Positions 57,972 to 64,000 of a stretch of DNA of 64,000 nucleotides are shown in pieces (positions within the stretch are counted from its first letter, which is position 1; each line of letters opens with the position of its first letter). The DNA comes from Bacteroidales bacterium. Lineage in GTDB: Bacteria > Bacteroidota > Bacteroidia > Bacteroidales > UBA932. The translations under genes were made by a program, and so were the position numbers. Below the pieces are notes generated by a model. The model made no database searches, was not told where the DNA came from, and worked only from the letters and a program-made list of their open reading frames with translations. Location of the stretch: positions 3,914-67,913 of the forward strand of contig JAAYYL010000176.1 in assembly GCA_012515395.1 (NCBI GenBank), written 5' to 3'.

Positions 57972-59811
57972 ATGAAAAGAACGGTAGAATTGCTGGCCCC
58001 GGCCAAAGATCTTATATGTGCAACAGAAGCCGTGAATCACGGGGCTGATGCCGTTTATATGGGGGCGGCACGTTTTGGCGCGCGCTCTGCAGCAGGGAAT
58101 ACTACCGCAGATGTGGAAAAAGCGGTCAACTATGCACACCGTTACGGTGCATCCGTATATGTAACGCTAAATACCCTTTTATATGACCACGAACTTAGTG
58201 ATGCCGTTACAATGACCCGTGAACTTTATCAGGCAGGGGTCGATGGCTTGATCATTCAGGATATCCGCTTGTTGTATCTCAGGAATCAACGTGTTTTGCC
58301 GCCCATTCCCATTCATGCCAGTACCCAGATGGACAATGCTACTTTGGAAAAAGTGCTTTTTCTTGAGAAAGAAGGATTTGACAGAGTTGTTTTGGCCAGG
58401 GAGCTGGGACTGGATGAAATGAAAAAGATACGTGAAAAGACTTCCGTTCCGCTGGAATGTTTTATTCACGGGGCATTATGCGTGAGTTACAGCGGCAAAT
58501 GCTATATCAGCCAGGCGGATTGCGGAAGAAGCGCCAACAGGGGTGATTGCGCGCAGTATTGCCGTTTGTCTTATGATCTGGAAGATGCTCAGGGAAATGT
58601 GCTGATAAAAAACAAACACTTGCTGTCTCTTAAGGATATGGACCGTTCCCCGGTCTTACCCCAACTGCTTGATATGGGGATAAATTCGTTGAAAATTGAA
58701 GGCCGGTTGAAAGGTGTAGATTATGTAAAGAACATTACGGCATATTACCGTCGTCTGTTGGATGCATCGGGCGGTGAAAAAACATCTTTGGGATCGTGTA
58801 CCTTTTTCTTTGATCCTGATCCGCGAAAAACATTCCACAGGGATCGTACGGAATACCTTCCCGTCAACGGACGTTTTAAGGAAGATGTACATCAGTGGAA
58901 TACGCCTAAATCAACGGGAGCGTTACTGGGAAAACCTGTTGCTGTTTTCCGGGACGGGTTTCAGATAAATGCCGGGATCAGCACAGGTGACGGTCTCTGT
59001 TTTACCCTTCCGGACGGGACTTTTTCCGGGTTTTCCGTAAGCAGGGTGGAGGGGGGGCCGTATCTTTCAAAGAGATCTTTCACTGACAACAGACACTGAA
59101 ATTTACAGGAATTTTGACAGGCAGTTTGATAAAATACTGAAAGGAAAAACCGTTGAACGAAAAATTGATCTGGATATAATTCTCAGGGAACTTCCCGGCG
59201 GTGAAGGGTTTGAGTTGACTCTTGTACGGGAGGCGTTCCCCGGAAAGGAGCCTCTCTGCATAACCGTTCCCGTAGATGCATCCAGGCAAGAGGCAGAAGA
59301 TCCCCGTCAAGGCAGGGAATACCTTGAAAAAACACTGTCCCGGTTGGGAAACACGCCCTTCCGTGTCCGCGAAATGGTATTTGACCCGGAAGGTTTTTCT
59401 GCTTTTATTCCGGTCTCAGCGATTGCCGGAGCCAAACGCAAAGCACTTATGCTTTTGGAAGAAAAATCCCGACCGGATCTTTTGGCAGGCAGAAGGCTTG
59501 AAATTTCGGATCTTTCCGGTGAAGATCCCCTTAAAGTGCTGGAAAAAACGCATCCCGAAGAAAAATTTATAACTGCAGCTACTCCTTTGTCTGAAGACAC
59601 ACCGCTTATGACATCCCGTTATTGTTTGAAACAAGCTTTGGGGTACTGTCCCCGGGAAAAAGGAGTTCCGGAGAAAAAATGGTCCGAACCTTTATATCTG
59701 GTAAGAGGAAAGAAAAAATTCCCGGTATTTTTTGATTGTCAGGCCTGCCTGATGTTTGTGGGCAATGCGGTTTCCAATAAACGGGCAAATCCCCAGGCCA
59801 GTAGAAAATAA
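57972..59811 (+). pseudogene. U32 family peptidase interrupted by a frameshift in a G7 run (track ORFs 57972..59099 and 59215..59811)
   Basis: The N-terminal ORF has the U32 signature (ELLAPA..AVYMG..RFGAR..EGRLK). The +1 frame is open from the G run at 59051..59057 straight into the second ORF. Removing one G gives one ~612 aa protein (..VSRVEGGRIFQRDLSLTTDTEIYRNFDRQFDKIL..). This could be a real pseudogene or a homopolymer sequencing error. Confidence 0.75.
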
Positions 59812-61229
59812 ATAATCGAGATCACGATCAGGGGGAAAAAAGCATCAAACGTACGGCTTCGGATCAGATCACTGGCTTTGGTCAGGTCTTGTACGGCAAT
59901 GTATCCTACAATTGAGGTGAGTTTGATCAGGGCAATGAGTTCTCCTTTAAAAACAGGATAAACCCGGCGTAATGCCTGGGGAAGAACTATGTAAACAAAC
60001 GTGTGCATGCGGGAAAAACCCAGGGCCACACCGGCCTCCGTCTGTCCTTTGGGGATTGATTCTATGGAAGTGCGAAACATTTCAGAAACATAGGCCCCGA
60101 ATATCAGTGAAAAAGTGATAACAGACACACTTACCCCGTTTATGCCCGTGGTTGCAAAAACCACATAATACATCAGCATTAGAAGAACTACCTGGGGAAT
60201 GCCCCGGAAGAAAACAATATAAGCGCGTGCCGGAATAGAAAAGAACTTTAACCGGCTCATGCGCATAAAACAGATTAAAATCCCGGTTAACGTGCCGCCA
60301 AAGGCTGAAAGAAGTGCGGTCAGCAATGTGATCAAAAGGCCGTTCCACAAAAGCATGTACCGTTTGTCCCTGATCAAATTGTTGTAAAAACGTTCTCCTA
60401 TGCCGGGCCGGTTTTTTTCTGTCTGTACCGCGTTATTTAAACGGTCACCAAGAGTGATCATAGATGACCATGTTGTCAGGTAGGAATCTGAAAAAGAATA
60501 CTTTTTGCTTCTTTCTTCAGTAACCATGATATAGTTGATCATCATATCCAGTTTCCCGGCAGACATTCCGGCCAGCATTCCGCTGAAATCCGAAATGACA
60601 AACTCGGGCTTTTTACCCAGCCACGCGGCAAAACGCCTGGCCATTTCGATATCGAATCCGGCAGGTTGGTTGTCCTGGTAAAATGTGAAAGGCACGTCCA
60701 TACAAGTTGTGCCGATTCTGATTATTTCACTGTTTACGGGGGCTTCAGGAAACACCGGCATGGTTCTGTCGGTTCTTTCCAGCCACCGGTCAACCATTTG
60801 TGCATGAATTCCGCTTTGGATGATTTCTTTCAGGAACTTGTTGAATTCAAAACGCAGCAAGGTGTCTTCCGGGCTAAATCCCACTGATACGGATGTGGAG
60901 GCTGCTTGTTCGCTTAAAAAAGCCAGATCCGGCGATTCTTTAAGAATATAGAGACATACCGGACGTGCCAAAAACACCACGTCACAATCGCGGTTCCTCA
61001 GCAACGAGATCAGGTCCGTTGTGTTTGTAAGAGGGATTGTCCGGGCTTCCGGAAAATGTTGACGGGCATAATTTTCCTGCCACGTTGCGATCAGTACGCC
61101 TATGCGAATGTCCTTGTGGTTCAGATCGTCCAGCGAGCGCAGCAATGTCCGGCCGTAGAGTGACAATGGGAACCCCGATACCAGCAAAAGGAATACAACA
61201 ATAACAATATGACGTCCCGGACTTTTCAT
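59739..61229 (-). CDS. Amino-acid-type ABC transporter: periplasmic substrate-binding domain fused to a HisM/GlnP-like permease
   Basis: The ATG at 61229 gives MKSPGRHIVIVVFLLLV. SBP_bac_3-like segments are followed by a 5-TM permease with the EAA loop EAGVALGFSRMHTFVYIVLPQAL. Confidence 0.8.
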   Translation of the reverse strand: MKSPGRHIVIVVFLLLVSGFPLSLYGRTLLRSLDDLNHKDIRIGVLIATWQENYARQHFPEARTIPLTNTTDLISLLRNRDCDVVFLARPVCLYILKESPDLAFLSEQAASTSVSVGFSPEDTLLRFEFNKFLKEIIQSGIHAQMVDRWLERTDRTMPVFPEAPVNSEIIRIGTTCMDVPFTFYQDNQPAGFDIEMARRFAAWLGKKPEFVISDFSGMLAGMSAGKLDMMINYIMVTEERSKKYSFSDSYLTTWSSMITLGDRLNNAVQTEKNRPGIGERFYNNLIRDKRYMLLWNGLLITLLTALLSAFGGTLTGILICFMRMSRLKFFSIPARAYIVFFRGIPQVVLLMLMYYVVFATTGINGVSVSVITFSLIFGAYVSEMFRTSIESIPKGQTEAGVALGFSRMHTFVYIVLPQALRRVYPVFKGELIALIKLTSIVGYIAVQDLTKASDLIRSRTFDAFFPLIVISIIYFLLAWGFARLLETALPTNIRQA

Positions 61230-61230
61230 G

Positions 61231-62211
61231 TCAGAAAGATACTGTTTTTCCGCCGGCTTTTCCGGCAGGGGAAAAACGGGACAGCAGTATGCCTCCAACA
61301 ATAAGCACCAAACCCGTTACAGTGGACGGGAACACGGGTTCGCCCAATATGTAATGGATCAGGATCAGCGACAAAAACGGAAATATGTAGATCAGCGAAC
61401 TCACGACGGCCGTGTTTTTGGCTAATTTCAGGGCTTTGAGCCATATCACGAAAGGAACGGCCATTTCAATGATCCCAATGTAAATGCCGGATAAAACACT
61501 GCGAAGTGAAGCCTCCCGGATGGAAACAAGATCTGTTTGTTCCGTTCCTGCCAGATGTCTTATCAGTAAAAACAAAGCCAGGTATACCCATGCAAAAAGA
61601 AAGTTTAAAAAAAGGGAAATGTCATCCGGCAGTTTGTTTTTCATGTTGAACAGGAAATATGTTGCCCACAGAAAAGCACTTCCCATAGCCAGAACGACGC
61701 CCCAGGGATTTTTAATATGAAGGCCCTCACGGAACACCGAAAGCGGATCTCCCTGCATGGCAATGAATAAAGCTCCGGAAAAACTTATGATCATAGCCAG
61801 AATACCCATCCATCCGATTTTTTGTCCCAGAACCGGAATGGACAATAAAACCAGTACCAGGGGCCATATCATGTTCAGGGCCTGTGCCACCTGGGCAGGT
61901 AACATACTGTAGGCTTTGAACAGGATCAGGTAATATAGAAAGGGATTGATCAGACCCAATAAAGCAGCTCTTCCCAGGGCTTTCCTGGGAACCGAAAAAA
62001 GATCGCCACGTTTTCCTGTTGTTACAAGCAGCAGGAATAACGTGGCGATAGCGGATGTATTGGCAATGAACAGCAATACGGCAGGTGTCAGGTCGGCGAG
62101 TCCCCATTTGAAAGCAGTGGCCACAGTAGCCCAGCATGCTATGGCTATGGCGGCATAAAAGCCGGCTGACCTGCGCAAGTTATCTGCTATTTTGCAACCC
62201 GTTCCAGCCAT
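61231..62211 (-). CDS. DMT superfamily (EamA-like) transporter
   Basis: 10 predicted TM helices in two EamA-like halves. The start is uncertain. Confidence 0.75.
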   Translation of the reverse strand: MAGTGCKIADNLRRSAGFYAAIAIACWATVATAFKWGLADLTPAVLLFIANTSAIATLFLLLVTTGKRGDLFSVPRKALGRAALLGLINPFLYYLILFKAYSMLPAQVAQALNMIWPLVLVLLSIPVLGQKIGWMGILAMIISFSGALFIAMQGDPLSVFREGLHIKNPWGVVLAMGSAFLWATYFLFNMKNKLPDDISLFLNFLFAWVYLALFLLIRHLAGTEQTDLVSIREASLRSVLSGIYIGIIEMAVPFVIWLKALKLAKNTAVVSSLIYIFPFLSLILIHYILGEPVFPSTVTGLVLIVGGILLSRFSPAGKAGGKTVSF

Positions 62212-63725
62212 TTAACCATAGACAGCATAGTGATCATAGAAATGAGACATACTACAACAAACACTGTCCAGGTAGCCCATAAAGGAATGTTGGAGTACAT
62301 CAGGCCTCCTATGAAGAGCAACTGGTTTCCAACAGCCGTAGCGGCCAGCCATCCTCCCTGCATGAGTCCCTGCATGTGAGGCGGGGCGACTTTGGACACA
62401 AAGGAAAGGCCCAGCGGGCTGATAAACAACTCGGCAACGGTCAATACAAAGTATGTTGATATTAGAATAAACGGGCCGACTTTTGCAGATTGTTCCAGAC
62501 CGCCGGCGGCTTTTACGTCACTGAAAAGCGGAAGGTTAACAGATGCAATGGTCATGATCATATAAGCGGCTGCGGCAATCCCCATACCAATAGCGATCTT
62601 CTTGGGAGTGGACGGTTCAATTCCTTTCTTGTTCAGCCAGGAGAAGAACGGTACAATCAAAAGCGTCAGTAATACCACAAACAGAGGATTAACGGACTGG
62701 AACATTTCAGCCCCCACTATGCGCGTAAAACCTAGATCTATATCGATCATGCTTAAATCGGTATAATCCCTGGCAAAAAAGGTAAGTGAGAGACCGTTCT
62801 GATGGAACGAGAACCAGAAAAAGATCACGATCCCGAATACGGCGAACAAAGCCAAAAGACGGCGTTTCACTTCCGCTACTTCCATTTTGGTTACTTTGGC
62901 TTCCGGATTGTCTTCTGTGGCAATGCCGTCTTTTTTAACATCCGGCAATCTGTTCCTGGTCATCAGGAAGATTACCAGGGAAATGACCATGGCAATAATG
63001 GCAACAAAGAAGGCATAATGGAATCCGGTGTTGAAAACGTCCAGGTAACGATCGGCAAAGGCAGCCAGATCTGCCACGGGGCCCTGATTGGCTTCGGCGG
63101 CCGCCAGGGAGAATTTTTCCATAGCTTCACCGGTGATTTCGTTGGCACGGAACTGATGGCAAAGAGCCGGCAACTCGGCATTATAAGCCAGACCGTGTGA
63201 CTGCAGCCACCAGTTTCTGACGGCTATGGCAAAGAAAGGTGCAAAAATGGCTCCGATGTTGATAAACATGTAAAAGATCTGGAATCCGGTATCTCTTTTG
63301 GATGCGAATTTTGAATTGTCATACATCTGTCCTACGACAGCCTGCAGATTCCCTTTGAATAATCCATTTCCGAAAGCGATGGTAAAGAGGCCGACACAAG
63401 TAAGCGCCAGGTAAAGACCTAAATTGGGAACCGGTGTGGGCGTGGGAAATCCGATGATCAGATACCCGACAGCCATCATAATGATCCCTGTCAAAATGGT
63501 TCCCTTGTAATTTTTGGTTTTGTCGGCAATGATACCCCCTACCAGGGCCAATACGTAAATGAGGGCATAGAAGATGGCGTATATGACTCCGGTGATTGTT
63601 TCATTAAGGCCGAACTTGGCCGATAAAAACAGTGACAGGATAGCCATCATTGTGTAAAAGCCAAAGCGTTCGCCCATATTGGCAAGCGCAGCGGCAATCA
63701 ATCCTTTGGGTTGTCCTTTGAACAT
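62187..63725 (-). CDS. POT/PTR2 family di-/tripeptide:proton symporter
   Basis: MFKGQPKGL..ERFGFY..LVGGIIADK..FGNGLFKGN (PTR2 signatures). Confidence 0.87.
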   Translation of the reverse strand: MFKGQPKGLIAAALANMGERFGFYTMMAILSLFLSAKFGLNETITGVIYAIFYALIYVLALVGGIIADKTKNYKGTILTGIIMMAVGYLIIGFPTPTPVPNLGLYLALTCVGLFTIAFGNGLFKGNLQAVVGQMYDNSKFASKRDTGFQIFYMFINIGAIFAPFFAIAVRNWWLQSHGLAYNAELPALCHQFRANEITGEAMEKFSLAAAEANQGPVADLAAFADRYLDVFNTGFHYAFFVAIIAMVISLVIFLMTRNRLPDVKKDGIATEDNPEAKVTKMEVAEVKRRLLALFAVFGIVIFFWFSFHQNGLSLTFFARDYTDLSMIDIDLGFTRIVGAEMFQSVNPLFVVLLTLLIVPFFSWLNKKGIEPSTPKKIAIGMGIAAAAYMIMTIASVNLPLFSDVKAAGGLEQSAKVGPFILISTYFVLTVAELFISPLGLSFVSKVAPPHMQGLMQGGWLAATAVGNQLLFIGGLMYSNIPLWATWTVFVVVCLISMITMLSMVKWLERVAK

Positions 63726-63756
63726 AGTGGTTTGGTTATTTTGAGTTTATATCCGG

Positions 63757-63764
63757 CAAAAATA
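63757..63764 (-). promoter_or_regulatory. -7 box TATTTTTG (minus strand) for the transporter operon
   Basis: The reverse complement of caaaaata, 31 nt upstream of the ATG at 63725. Confidence 0.35.
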
Positions 63765-63776
63765 CGATAATTTTGG

Positions 63777-63784
63777 TAACTTTG
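63777..63784 (+). promoter_or_regulatory. -7 box TAACTTTG for the acyltransferase gene
   Basis: Ends 7 nt before the ATG at 63792. Confidence 0.35.
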
Positions 63785-63791
63785 TCTGCTT

Positions 63792-64000
63792 ATGAAGGCC
63801 ATATTTTCGAGGATTTGTTTTTTAGTCGTATACACGATTATTTGCCTGTTCAGTCTGTTGCCTTTGCCTTTTTTATACGGCCTTTCGTTCATTTTTGTAG
63901 TATTGCCTTTGAAGATAGCAGGTTACCGCAGAACGGTGGTGACGGTCAATATGGCCCGGTCTTTTCCCGGGAAATCTTACGGCGAAATTCAGCGGATGGC
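63792..64000 (+). CDS. Lipid A biosynthesis (LpxL/HtrB-like) acyltransferase, 5' fragment
   Basis: Not in the ORF track because the frame runs off the window end. Hand translation gives MKAIFSRICFLVVYTIICLFSLLPLPFLYGLSFIFVVLPLKIAGYRRTVVTVNMARSFPGKSYGEIQRM. The GYRR.VV..N....FP.KS..E pattern is typical of this family. Confidence 0.55.
   Translation, partial: MKAIFSRICFLVVYTIICLFSLLPLPFLYGLSFIFVVLPLKIAGYRRTVVTVNMARSFPGKSYGEIQRM

Noticed and set aside
59051-59057. The G7 tract as a bona fide phase-variation switch.
   Set aside because: A single short tract in a housekeeping-type gene, with no other contingency-locus features, is not enough. A homopolymer error or a simple mutation is more likely. 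It is kept as a low-probability option within the frameshift finding.
1-64000. A window-wide look for CRISPR arrays, IS elements or transposases, integrases, prophage genes, toxin-antitoxin pairs, restriction-modification or other defence genes, rRNA and tRNA.
   Set aside because: I recognised none. The largest non-coding stretch is 188 nt, and every ORF over 100 aa that is not antisense to a recognised gene has a housekeeping or transport assignment. A visual scan can miss small RNAs and degenerate repeats.

Overview
This window reads as a densely packed, mostly core chromosomal segment of a Bacteroidota (Bacteroidales-like) genome. All calls come from reading the translated ORFs and the DNA by eye; no database search was run.

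The phylum call rests on three things:
- TAnnTTTG '-7' promoter boxes sit directly upstream of many start codons.
- Several phylum-typical families are present (DUF4270, DUF4249, DUF3098, DUF3108, DUF4294, GSCFA, and a CarboxypepD_reg-type TonB receptor).
- The RseC-RnfBCDGEA gene order is typical of the phylum.

Content from left to right:
- A partial lipoprotein and a short GT5 'glycogen synthase'.
- ftsX, DUF3098, uppP and lpxH.
- A minus-strand five-gene signalling operon: SBP-like protein, Cache histidine kinase, receiver-PP2C phosphatase, RsbW-like kinase and secreted DUF4294.
- An M19 dipeptidase.
- A 10.6 kb ribosomal-protein/secY/rpoA cluster that begins abruptly at rplP.
- tgt, an LptF/G permease, a TDH-like dehydrogenase, a CaCA antiporter, nupC, GSCFA and HU.
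- A TonB receptor with DUF4249.
- Thiamine pyrophosphokinase (TPK), fmt, a second LptF/G permease and alaS.
- Two M23 peptidases, MerR, Nif3 and a Zn-ribbon protein.
- An aminotransferase, dnaB and DUF3108.
- The Rnf complex.
- An S11 carboxypeptidase, GH2, a cyclophilin, dut, murF and GT2.
- A frameshifted U32 peptidase.
- A POT / EamA / SBD-permease transporter operon and a partial lipid A acyltransferase.

Three genes are missing from the supplied ORF track and were read by hand: the lipoprotein at 1..829, rpmJ, and the acyltransferase at 63792..64000.

I saw no rRNA, tRNA, CRISPR array, IS element, integrase or recognisable defence system. I cannot point to a clear novel multi-gene system. 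The best candidates for follow-up are:
- The partner-switching-like operon that has no STAS substrate and ends in a secreted DUF4294 protein.
- The apparently circularly permuted substrate-binding domain fused to an ABC permease with no ATPase nearby.
- The break of the S10 operon at rplP, with a new promoter and leader.
- The G7-run frameshift in the U32 peptidase.
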